This document shows positions 40,430 through 48,958 of a stretch of DNA of 64,000 nt, piece by piece. The notes under the pieces are model-generated. The model was not told the origin of the DNA and searched no databases. It saw only the letters and a list, made by a program, of their open reading frames with translations. The position numbers were made by a program, and so were the translations under genes. Each line of letters starts with the position of its first letter. The first letter of the stretch is position 1. Source of the stretch: an uncultured Chloroflexia bacterium (GTDB taxonomy: Bacteria > Chloroflexota > Limnocylindria > Limnocylindrales > CSP1-4); contig CAVSKR010000002.1 of the NCBI GenBank assembly GCA_963728635.1, positions 136,140 to 200,139 on the forward strand, in the 5' to 3' direction.

Positions 40430-40699
40430 ATGTGCCGGAGCATCAAGACCCTCCGTCGTCAGGGTGAAGTGGCGACGACCGGCGAGCTGGAGGCGGCCGC
40501 CCGCCAGTTCGTCCGCAAGGTGAGCGGCTATCGGGAGCCCAGCGCTCGAAATCGTGAAGCGTTCGATGCCGCGATCGACGAGGTGGCCGCCGCGAGCCGC
40601 CGGCTGATCGAGGCGATCGGCGTCGACGTCGAAGTCGGCCCCGATCGGTGGACGCCCGGAGGCAGCACCGCCAGCACGCGCCCGCGCGCCCTCGCGTGA
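40430..40699 (+). CDS. DUF2277-family small protein
   Basis: N-terminus MCRSIKTLR typical of actinobacterial DUF2277. Its stop overlaps the next start (GTGA). Confidence 0.5.
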   Translation: MCRSIKTLRRQGEVATTGELEAAARQFVRKVSGYREPSARNREAFDAAIDEVAAASRRLIEAIGVDVEVGPDRWTPGGSTASTRPRALA

Positions 40700-41931
40700 C
40701 CACGGCCGCGGCCGCGGCCTGGTGGATCCGTCAGGGCCTGGATATCGCGGACGAACGACTCGCGATCGTCGGACGGGACGCCGAAACGCTGGGACGCGAG
40801 CACGGAACGCCGCTCTTCGCCTACGACCTCGCCCGGTTCGGCGAGAACGCGCGTGGGATCCAGGCCGCGTTCGCACCGACCGGCGTGCCGTTCCGGCTCC
40901 GGTTCGCCCTCAAGGCGAACCCGTTCCCAGAGGTCCTCGCGGTATTCCGTGCGCTCGGCGCGCCGGGCGAGCGGGGATCCGTGGGCATCGACGCCTGCTC
41001 ACCGGGCGAGGTGCTGCGCGCCCTCGAGTGCGGTTGGCGACCCGACGAGATCAGCTACACCGGGACGAACATCTCGGAGCGCGATCTCGATGTGCTGCTG
41101 GCGCACGGCATCCACGTGAACCTCGACGCGATCAGCCAGATCGCCCGGTACGGCAGGCGCGCGCCCGGATCGGCGATCGGGATCCGCATCGATCCGGGGA
41201 CGGGTGCCGGCTACAACGCCCACCTGGAATACGCCGGTGACCGGCCGACCAAGTTCGGCATCGGACTCGAGCGGTTCGATGAAGCGCTCGCGGTGGCCGC
41301 CGAGCACGGGCTGGCCATCGACACGATCCATTTCCATGCGGGGTCCGGCTGGCTCGCCGACGGACTCGCTGCCTTCGAGCGGGCGTTGCCAGTGGCCGTG
41401 GAGGCGGTCGGGCGAGCGCGCGCCGCGGGCCATGCGGTCGCCGAGGTCAATATCGGCGGGGGTCTGGGGGTTCCGGCGCGATCGAACGAAGCGGGCGTCG
41501 ACCTGTCGAGGTACGCACAGGTCGTGGCCGCGCATCTCGGGTCTTTGGACGTCACTGTGACCGCCGAGCCCGGCGACGCTCTGACGAAGGACGCCGGGAT
41601 CCTCCTGGCCGAGGTCGTCACGGTCGAAACGCGGCGCGGCGTGACCTTCGTCGGTCTCGACATCGGCTGGAACGTGAACTGCGCCTACTTCATCTACGGC
41701 TTCGCGCAGGAGATCGTCCCGTGTCGCGACCCCGCCGCCGATCGGACTCAGAGGGTCACGATCGCGGGACATATCAACGAGGCGAGCGACGTCTTCGCCG
41801 AGGACTACCCGATGGCGCCGGTGGCGGAGGGAGCCATGGTCGCGTTGCTCAACGCCGGCGGCTATCACCAGGCGATGAGCTCGACCCACTGCCTGCGGCC
41901 GACCGGGACTGCGCTGTTCCTCGAGCGGTAG
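40696..41931 (+). CDS. PLP-dependent decarboxylase, alanine-racemase fold (diaminopimelate/ornithine decarboxylase family)
   Basis: GTG at 40696. Family motifs FALKANP, HFHAGS and GGGLG. Confidence 0.75.
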   Translation: MTTAAAAAWWIRQGLDIADERLAIVGRDAETLGREHGTPLFAYDLARFGENARGIQAAFAPTGVPFRLRFALKANPFPEVLAVFRALGAPGERGSVGIDACSPGEVLRALECGWRPDEISYTGTNISERDLDVLLAHGIHVNLDAISQIARYGRRAPGSAIGIRIDPGTGAGYNAHLEYAGDRPTKFGIGLERFDEALAVAAEHGLAIDTIHFHAGSGWLADGLAAFERALPVAVEAVGRARAAGHAVAEVNIGGGLGVPARSNEAGVDLSRYAQVVAAHLGSLDVTVTAEPGDALTKDAGILLAEVVTVETRRGVTFVGLDIGWNVNCAYFIYGFAQEIVPCRDPAADRTQRVTIAGHINEASDVFAEDYPMAPVAEGAMVALLNAGGYHQAMSSTHCLRPTGTALFLER

Positions 41932-41946
41932 TCGCGGGGGGCGGCG

Positions 41947-42636
41947 TCAGTCGCCGCCGCGCCCGAGCGACCGGGACGGGATCGCGAACGCCTGGAACAG
42001 GGCGATCGCCCAGAACGCCAACGTCAGCGGATCCGACTGGAGCGAGTCCATCACCACGCTGACGATGAAGTCCGGTGGCTGGATCAGCTCGATCGTCACG
42101 CCTTCCGCCGCGAGCTCCTGGCCCACGAAATGAGCGACGATGAGGTATTCGCTGACGACGAGCGCAAGGAGCGTCAGGACGACGGAGATCGCGACGAGGA
42201 CGACCGAGCCCCGGCGGTTCGCGCCGAGGACCACCCCGTACCCGACGATGAAGCCCACGGCGATCGCCACGAGCCCGACCTGGTACTGGCTGACGGCAAC
42301 GACGCCATACCAGACGGCGGAGGCGAGGACAGCCGCCACAAGCCCGGCGAGCAGGCCGCCGAGGATGTCGCTCGTGCTCGCCGGCTGACGAGGGGTCGAG
42401 TCGGCTTCGACGGCCGCAGGCGCGCCGGCGAGGGCGCCGGCGTTGAGCGGCGCACTGAGTGCCGCCACCCCGACGCCGCCATCGGCCGCGGCCAGGGTCG
42501 GCGAGGGGCTCGACACCACGCTGAGCGGACGGCCGTCGGGGGCGGCGACGATCTCGCGCGCACCACCACAGCTGTAGCACGAGTTGGCCGAGCCGCGGTT
42601 GATCGATTTGCAGTTCCCGCAGACCCAATCGTTCAC
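41947..42636 (-). CDS. Zinc-ribbon domain membrane protein
   Basis: GTG at 42636 after AAAGGGG. N-terminal CGNC...CYSCGG motif followed by four TM helices. Confidence 0.5.
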   Translation of the reverse strand: MNDWVCGNCKSINRGSANSCYSCGGAREIVAAPDGRPLSVVSSPSPTLAAADGGVGVAALSAPLNAGALAGAPAAVEADSTPRQPASTSDILGGLLAGLVAAVLASAVWYGVVAVSQYQVGLVAIAVGFIVGYGVVLGANRRGSVVLVAISVVLTLLALVVSEYLIVAHFVGQELAAEGVTIELIQPPDFIVSVVMDSLQSDPLTLAFWAIALFQAFAIPSRSLGRGGD

Positions 42637-42760
42637 GAGCGAACCCCTTTGGTTGGACCGGTCTTGGACCGGTCCTGGACCGGGCGGGCCGAGTATGGCG
42701 ACGGCCTTCGGCCCGGACGACCATCCGACGGTCATGGGGTCCACCAGTACACTCGCCGCG

Positions 42761-43633
42761 ATGACCCACCACGTCCAGCGTGAGGCTCCGCCGACGCGTC
42801 ACATCTCGACGCGCTCGATCGTGGCCGTGCGCGGGTCGACGCTCGAGATCCGTGGCGACCGGGTCGTGGGGGAGGCGCCCCTTGAGATTCGTGCCGCAGG
42901 CCCCGACCAGGACCCAGTTGCGGTCGCCGTCACGATGCGCACGCCGGGCTGCGAAGCCGAGCTTGCCGTCGGCTTCCTGCGCACGGAGGGACTGATCGAG
43001 GGTCCCGAGGTGGTCGGCACCGAGAGCGGCGACCCCGTCACGCTCAACCAGCCGGACGACACGATCGTCGTCCGTCTGTCGACTCCCTTCGACGACTCCG
43101 CGGTCGCGGAGCGGCATTTCGTCGCGACCGCCTCGTGCGGGATCTGCGGGAAGGCGTCGATCGACGAGGTCGCGCTGCGCTGCGAGGTCCTGCCCGAGGG
43201 CCCGGTCGTGCCGCGATCCGTGGTGGTCGCCCTGCCCGACCTCCTGCGAGCGGCCCAGAAGGCGTTCGACGAGACGGGCGGGCTGCACGCCGCGGCGCTG
43301 TTCTCCCCACGCGGCGAGTTGATCGTGATCCGCGAGGACGTCGGTCGACACAACGCTCTCGACAAGCTCGTCGGATCGCAGGTCCTCGCCGGAGAGCTGC
43401 CGCTGCACGACAGGATCCTGATGGTCTCGGGTCGGGTCAGCTTCGAGATCGTCCAGAAGGCCGCGGTCGCGGGGGTGCCGATCGTGGCAGCGGTTTCGGC
43501 ACCCTCGGATCTGGCGGTCGAGACCGCGGAGCGGCTCGGTGTGACCCTGGTCGGGTTCCTGCGCGGTGACAGGTTCAACGTCTACAGCCACGACCGCCGG
43601 ATCGATCTGCGCGACCTGACCGGCTGGGGCTGA
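42761..43633 (+). CDS. fdhD: Formate dehydrogenase accessory sulfurtransferase FdhD
   Basis: ATG at 42761. Catalytic motif SCGICGK and GRHNALDKL. Confidence 0.8.
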   Translation: MTHHVQREAPPTRHISTRSIVAVRGSTLEIRGDRVVGEAPLEIRAAGPDQDPVAVAVTMRTPGCEAELAVGFLRTEGLIEGPEVVGTESGDPVTLNQPDDTIVVRLSTPFDDSAVAERHFVATASCGICGKASIDEVALRCEVLPEGPVVPRSVVVALPDLLRAAQKAFDETGGLHAAALFSPRGELIVIREDVGRHNALDKLVGSQVLAGELPLHDRILMVSGRVSFEIVQKAAVAGVPIVAAVSAPSDLAVETAERLGVTLVGFLRGDRFNVYSHDRRIDLRDLTGWG

Positions 43634-43664
43634 CCGGCACCGATCCCCGTGCCGCTCCTTGACG

Positions 43665-44117
43665 TCACGCGTCCGTTTGACCTATCAGGTCAACGGCCCT
43701 CGCGAACCAGCTCGTCGCTTCGTCGATCGAGATCCGGATCATCGGCCGGTGCTCGAGGTCGTGATCGGCGTACTGCGGATACTTCGCGCGCAGCGCGACG
43801 ACAACGGCGTCCGCGGATCCGACCAGCGCCGCGCGTCCGTCGATCCGCAGCCACGCCAGCTCGGACCAGTCCTCGGACCAGCGGTCGACCAGCACGGTCA
43901 CGTCGGGTCGTGCCTCGATATCACGGACGCGGGCGAGCCCGCGAGGATCCGAAATCGACTTGGGTTTCTGGTCGATCGGCGACCACAGAACGCCATCCAT
44001 CATGACGAAACAGATCGGTACGAGGCGGGGTCGGCCGTCCTGGGCCACGGTCGCCAGCGTCCCCGTTCGCGCCGACTCCAGCAAGGCGCGCTCAACCGGC
44101 GTCAGGACGGAACTCAT
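43665..44117 (-). CDS. Pyridoxamine 5'-phosphate oxidase family / F420-dependent PPOX-class protein
   Basis: 150-aa split-barrel fold protein. Confidence 0.6.
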   Translation of the reverse strand: MSSVLTPVERALLESARTGTLATVAQDGRPRLVPICFVMMDGVLWSPIDQKPKSISDPRGLARVRDIEARPDVTVLVDRWSEDWSELAWLRIDGRAALVGSADAVVVALRAKYPQYADHDLEHRPMIRISIDEATSWFARAVDLIGQTDA

Positions 44118-44258
44118 CCGTTGCTCGTCGCGGCGACCTCGCGTTTGAGCTGCCGCTCCTCGTCGGGAAATGGCAGCAGGCAGGGATCAGGAAGCCAGGG
44201 CACACGGTACGCGGCGACGAGCGCGCCGAACCTGATCACCAGACCTGCGAACAGGAGC

Positions 44259-45389
44259 CTATTCGCCCACGTTCGCGACATCGACGCCCTCTTGTCGGGG
44301 CCGCTCGTTCACGAATTCGAAGCCGAACCGGCCCTTGATGCACAGGTGGCCGTCCGTTATCGATGAGTCGAGCGGCGAGGTGACCTTGAGGATGCGTTCG
44401 TCCTGGACGTGCAGGTCGACCGCGCAGCCGACGCCGCAATACGGGCAGATCGTCGATGTCACTGTCTGGGCGGACTCGTCCCATGTTCCGGCTTCGCGCA
44501 TGTCGTACTCGGGTTTGGCCATCAGGGCGCCGGTCGGGCATACCCCGATGCAGTTGCCGCAGTACACGCAGGCCGACTCCGGGAGCGGAACAGCCTGCTC
44601 GGTCGAGATCCGCGCGTCGAACCCGCGACCCGCGACCGCGATCGCGAATGTGTTCTGGGCATCCTCGCCGCACGCCTCGACGCACTTGTAGCAGAGGATG
44701 CACTTGGCGTAGTCGCGCACATAGAGGTCGTTGTCGATCTTCGTCGGCTGGGCCACGGTCGCCGCGTACGCCGCCTCGTCGGCTGTCGGGGCGTGGTGGT
44801 GCCCCGGCTCGTGGGCGTCGCGCTCGCCGGCTGCTGCCGCCACCGCCGGCGCGCCGAACCGCCCCGGATCCGCCCCATACCGATCCATGTACGCGTGGAT
44901 CGTGCCGTCGGGTGCGGCCGGACCGGCGAGCGACACGTCGACCGAGGAGCCCAGGAACTCCAGGACGACCTTGCGCGATGTGCGCACGCGCTCCGAGTCG
45001 GTCTGGACCTCCATCCCCGGCTCGACCGGTCGCGAGCACGCGGGGGCGAGCACCCGGGATCCCGTGACCTCGACCACGCACACGCGACAGACGTTGACCG
45101 GGGTGAGGTTGTCGGCGTAGCACAGCGTGGGTGTGTCGATCCCGAGGACCCGGCACGCGCCGAGGATCGTCGTCCCGGCAGGGACCGTGACGGATCGCCC
45201 ATCGACCGTCAGCTCGACGGGCGGTGGCGCCGCGACCGGCGGCGGTGCGGGCGGCCTCGAGGGTCGGGCCGGCGGACGCAGGATGATCTCGGTCAGCGGT
45301 TGTGCCGCCGGCGCCTGCCCGGCATGCGGCGAGTCGGGATCCGGCGCCGGGTCGCGGCTCATCGACAGCCCGGTCGTGTCCTCGCTCAC
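44259..45389 (-). CDS. fdsA: Fe-S subunit corresponding to the N-terminal third of formate dehydrogenase alpha: 2Fe-2S ferredoxin domain, 4Fe-4S domains, and the CPYCGVGC...LCIKG cluster motif
   Basis: NuoG-like N-terminus. It ends just after the Mo-domain FS0 Cys motif. Its ATG overlaps the fdsGB stop (ATGA). Confidence 0.7.
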   Translation of the reverse strand: MSEDTTGLSMSRDPAPDPDSPHAGQAPAAQPLTEIILRPPARPSRPPAPPPVAAPPPVELTVDGRSVTVPAGTTILGACRVLGIDTPTLCYADNLTPVNVCRVCVVEVTGSRVLAPACSRPVEPGMEVQTDSERVRTSRKVVLEFLGSSVDVSLAGPAAPDGTIHAYMDRYGADPGRFGAPAVAAAAGERDAHEPGHHHAPTADEAAYAATVAQPTKIDNDLYVRDYAKCILCYKCVEACGEDAQNTFAIAVAGRGFDARISTEQAVPLPESACVYCGNCIGVCPTGALMAKPEYDMREAGTWDESAQTVTSTICPYCGVGCAVDLHVQDERILKVTSPLDSSITDGHLCIKGRFGFEFVNERPRQEGVDVANVGE

Positions 45390-47233
45390 AGCGCCACCAG
45401 ATCCGGCTGGCGCAAAGCCGATTCGATCGCCGACGATGCGGTCTGCCCGAGCCCGCAGATCGAGGCGTCGCGCATGGCCTGCCCGATCTCGCGCAGCAGT
45501 GTCAGCTCCTCGTCACGCGACCGGATGTGCGATCCGGCGGCGAGTCGAGCCAGCAGCTCTTCCTGGCGGACGCTCCCGACACGGCACGGCACGCACTGAC
45601 CGCACGACTCGTCACGGAAGAAGCGGGCGATGCGCCGCAGCGTGTCGACGAGGTCCACGGTCTCATCGAAGACCATGATCACGCCGGACCCGAGCGTCGC
45701 GCCGGCCGCGCGGGTCGCCTCGAACGTCAGGGGCATGTCGAGGGACCCCGGACCGACGAACACCCCGGCAGCACCGCCGAGCAGGATCGCCCGGATGCCT
45801 CGCCCGCCGGGCACACCACCCGCCAGCTCGATCAAGTCGCCGAGGGTGGCCCCGAACTCGACCTCGAAGACGCCCGGTCGGGCGACATGCCCGGACAGGC
45901 AGAACAGCCGCGGCCCGGTGGACCCGTCGGTCCCGATCCGCGCGTACGCCTCGCCCCCCATCTCGATGATGAGCGGCACGTTGACCAGCGTCTCGACGTT
46001 GTTCACGACGGTCGGCTTCCCGAAGAGGCCGACTTCGACCGGGAACGGCGGCTTGTTGCGGGGTTCCCCGCGCTTGCCCTCGATCGACTCGAAGAGCGCG
46101 GTCTCCTCGCCGCAGATGTAGGCACCGGCGCCGCGCCGGACCTCGATATCGAACGAGAAGCCGGAGCCCATGATGTCGGGCCCGAGCAGGTTCGCAGCCC
46201 GGGCCGCATCGATCGCGCCGCGGATCCCCGCCTCGGCCTCCGGGTACTCGCCGCGGATGTAGATGTAGCCATGGCCCGCATCGGTCGCGAGGGCCGCGAT
46301 CGCCATCGCCTCGACGACCGCGAACGGGTCGCCCTCGAGCAGGACCCGATCCTTGAACGTGCCCGGCTCGGACTCGTCGGCGTTGCAGACCAGGTAGTGC
46401 GGCTGTGCGCTCTGTGATGCGACCGCCGCCCACTTGCGACCCGTGGGGAAGGCGGCGCCGCCGCGGCCCATCAGCTTGGACGCCGTCACCTCCGCGATGA
46501 CCGCCGCGCCGCCCATCGCGATGGCTTTCGTGAGGGCCTCGTAGCCGCCGTGGGCGCGATAGTCCGCGAGCGAGGCAGGGTCGACCACGCCAACGCGTCG
46601 GAGCAGCCGCAGGGACGGATCCTTGGTCTGCGGCAGGGGTGGCAGCCGGCGTGTCACCGCGGCCCCGTCGAGACGCGCGACGACTCCGGCCGCGTCGATC
46701 GGCGCCGCGCTGCCCACGGTCGAGTGCTCACCGGCGGTCGTGACCATGGCCGCGGGGGCAAGGTCGCACAGCCCGAGGCACGGCGACCGCTGCCAGCCCA
46801 CCTGGCCATCTCGCACCGCCGTCCCCTCCGGACCGACGGATCGAGCCAGGTCCTCGCAGATCCCCTCGGCGCCCGCGAGCCGGCACGCGATGTCGTCGCA
46901 GACATGGGCCATGACCGGCGGTCGCGGCGTCGTCGCGTAGAGCGCGTAGAACGTGGCGACGCCATACGCCTCGGCCGGTGGGACGGCGAGGCGCCGCGAG
47001 ATGTAGTTCAGGGCGGGCTGGCTGATCCAGCCGATCCGGTCCTGGACCGCGTGGAGAGCCGGCAGGAGCTGTGACCGCCGGGCCCGGATCGCATGACCGC
47101 CACGGGCGGCGTGGCCGTCGACGCCTGGACGACGTGCGCCGCCGACCCAACCCGATTCGGGCGGCCCCAGCACGCTGTCGATCGCGGCCCGTTCGGCGGG
47201 GGAGGCCAGGGGCCCGATGACGTGCAGGTCCAT
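45386..47233 (-). CDS. fdsGB: NAD-dependent formate dehydrogenase diaphorase subunit, a NuoE-like plus NuoF-like fusion (FdsG-FdsB)
   Basis: N-terminal thioredoxin-like 2Fe-2S (CDDIACRLAG), then FMN/NADH site GRGGAAFPTG and 4Fe-4S CGQCVPCR. Confidence 0.85.
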   Translation of the reverse strand: MDLHVIGPLASPAERAAIDSVLGPPESGWVGGARRPGVDGHAARGGHAIRARRSQLLPALHAVQDRIGWISQPALNYISRRLAVPPAEAYGVATFYALYATTPRPPVMAHVCDDIACRLAGAEGICEDLARSVGPEGTAVRDGQVGWQRSPCLGLCDLAPAAMVTTAGEHSTVGSAAPIDAAGVVARLDGAAVTRRLPPLPQTKDPSLRLLRRVGVVDPASLADYRAHGGYEALTKAIAMGGAAVIAEVTASKLMGRGGAAFPTGRKWAAVASQSAQPHYLVCNADESEPGTFKDRVLLEGDPFAVVEAMAIAALATDAGHGYIYIRGEYPEAEAGIRGAIDAARAANLLGPDIMGSGFSFDIEVRRGAGAYICGEETALFESIEGKRGEPRNKPPFPVEVGLFGKPTVVNNVETLVNVPLIIEMGGEAYARIGTDGSTGPRLFCLSGHVARPGVFEVEFGATLGDLIELAGGVPGGRGIRAILLGGAAGVFVGPGSLDMPLTFEATRAAGATLGSGVIMVFDETVDLVDTLRRIARFFRDESCGQCVPCRVGSVRQEELLARLAAGSHIRSRDEELTLLREIGQAMRDASICGLGQTASSAIESALRQPDLVAL

Positions 47234-47262
47234 CGATTCGAGTGTAGCGGTCCGATCTTCCG

Positions 47263-48114
47263 TCAGACGCGGAGGACTCGGACGTCGAGAGGCTGGGTGC
47301 GACCGCGCAGCGTCAGATTTCGCGTCTCGAGCGATCGATCGAGATCGGCCGCCTCAGCGGAGGCCGCGCTCACGAGGATCTCGCCCGGTCCGGCGGCCGA
47401 AGCGAGACGAGCGGTGACGTTGACGTTGTCGCCCAGCGCCGTGAAGTCCGTCACGGTGTCGCCGACCGTGCCGACGTAGGCGATCCCGGTATGCACGCCG
47501 GCGCCGACCGGGATCCACGGACCATCGGGGCTTCCGTGACCGGTGGCCCTGAGCAATTCGCGCGCCGCCTCGATCGCGGCGCGCGCATGGTCCGAACCCG
47601 CCAGCGCGGGAAGGAACAGCGCGACCACCTCGTCACCCACGAACTTGTCGACCACCGCGTCGCGCGCCACCAGCACGCTGGTCGCCTCGTGATAGAAGCG
47701 ATCGAGCAGCCGCCGGAAGGCATTCGCGCCCATGGTCTCGGCGAGACCCGTTGAGCCGCGGACGTCGGCGAACAGCATGCTCAGTTCGATCTCCGCGCCA
47801 CCACGGCTCTTCTCGAGCTGCTTGAAGCACAAGCCGCAGATGCTCGGGTTCTTCACCCATGGACCGCGGTCCAGCAGTCGCATGATCGGCGCGCCAAATC
47901 CGCCGAACGGGGCGGCGCACAGCTTGCAGCGCGGTGAGCTCGGGATCATCCGGAAGAAGCCGCGCCCCGCGACGAAGCCGGGGTCGTTCCCGCTCAGGAG
48001 CGCCAGCCACTGCGGGTCCGAGACGAAGGTCGGTTCCGCTACGGGGTCGGCCGGCTCGTCCGGCGCCGGATCCTCGACGTCGGCGGGCTGCGCGGATCCG
48101 CGCTGATCCATCAC
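47263..48114 (-). CDS. Class III adenylate/guanylate cyclase with N-terminal zinc-ribbon
   Basis: CKLC...CGLC ribbon followed by the cyclase core (FADVRGST, FVGDEVVALF, GDTVT). Confidence 0.7.
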   Translation of the reverse strand: MMDQRGSAQPADVEDPAPDEPADPVAEPTFVSDPQWLALLSGNDPGFVAGRGFFRMIPSSPRCKLCAAPFGGFGAPIMRLLDRGPWVKNPSICGLCFKQLEKSRGGAEIELSMLFADVRGSTGLAETMGANAFRRLLDRFYHEATSVLVARDAVVDKFVGDEVVALFLPALAGSDHARAAIEAARELLRATGHGSPDGPWIPVGAGVHTGIAYVGTVGDTVTDFTALGDNVNVTARLASAAGPGEILVSAASAEAADLDRSLETRNLTLRGRTQPLDVRVLRV

Positions 48115-48953
48115 CGGGCCGTGCCTGCGACAGTGCCTGTCATTTCCTCGCCACCGGACGCCGTGGCGATGCAGGCGATCTCACGGTCGCCTCGCGCCCA
48201 GGTCTCCTCACTTGGATACACGTAGAACATCTCCAGGCTCGAGGAATCGAAGTCGATGCCAACGTACTCCCCGAAGAGTGGCAGGCATCGGTCGTTGGCT
48301 GTGGTGCTGATCGTCGACATGCCCGGGAAGGTGGCACCGCTGGCCGCGTCTGCAACGGTGTGAACGCCGACGACTTCGCCGCGGTGGGGGTCCGCACACG
48401 GGACGGTGCGGATCGCGTCCGAGTCAGTGGTTTCGCCAGTGAAGTTGCCGTCGACGCACTCACCGGTGGCATAGCTCGGGATCGGGTTCAGCGCGGTCGC
48501 GGCCAGATAGGCGAGGGCGAACCACGCGAGAGCGGCGAGCACGGTCACACCGACCATCGCCCCGATCCGGACCGGCGTTCTCAGGCTGCTCCGCGAGATC
48601 GCGATGTTGCCCGCGGCCGCTGCGCCACCGAACGCGCCGCCGAGCAGACCGCCGACCGCGACGAGCCCGACCGGGAGGAAGGCAAGCACGGTCTCCCAGA
48701 GTGGTCGAGGTGGGTCCAGCGCGAACTGGCTGCCGTCATCGGCGATCGCGACGAGCCCGTTCCGCGTGGACTTCAGCGTGAACGCACGAGGCGTGCCATC
48801 GGACGTGACGATCGAGTACGTGTCCTTGCGAGCGGGATCGCGAGATATCTCGCTGCCGTCGACCCTGACGTGTGGCTTCGAGAACGCTCCGCGCTCGATG
48901 ACGATGTCCGGGCCGTCCGTGCCGGGCAGTCGGATCGTGGTCGACCGTGCCAC
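48111..48953 (-). CDS. Membrane protein with Cys-containing extracytoplasmic domain (DUF4190/septum-formation-like)
   Basis: Two TM helices and a C-terminal domain with four Cys residues. The stop overlaps the cyclase start. Confidence 0.5.
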   Translation of the reverse strand: MARSTTIRLPGTDGPDIVIERGAFSKPHVRVDGSEISRDPARKDTYSIVTSDGTPRAFTLKSTRNGLVAIADDGSQFALDPPRPLWETVLAFLPVGLVAVGGLLGGAFGGAAAAGNIAISRSSLRTPVRIGAMVGVTVLAALAWFALAYLAATALNPIPSYATGECVDGNFTGETTDSDAIRTVPCADPHRGEVVGVHTVADAASGATFPGMSTISTTANDRCLPLFGEYVGIDFDSSSLEMFYVYPSEETWARGDREIACIATASGGEEMTGTVAGTAR

Positions 48954-48958
48954 TGACG

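Noticed and set aside
44259-45389. Fe-S ORF interpreted as a truncated fdsA pseudogene
   Set aside because: The Mo-domain half has its own RBS and GTG exactly at the breakpoint. Both halves are intact and in one tightly packed operon. Functional fission is more parsimonious than decay, though it is not proven.
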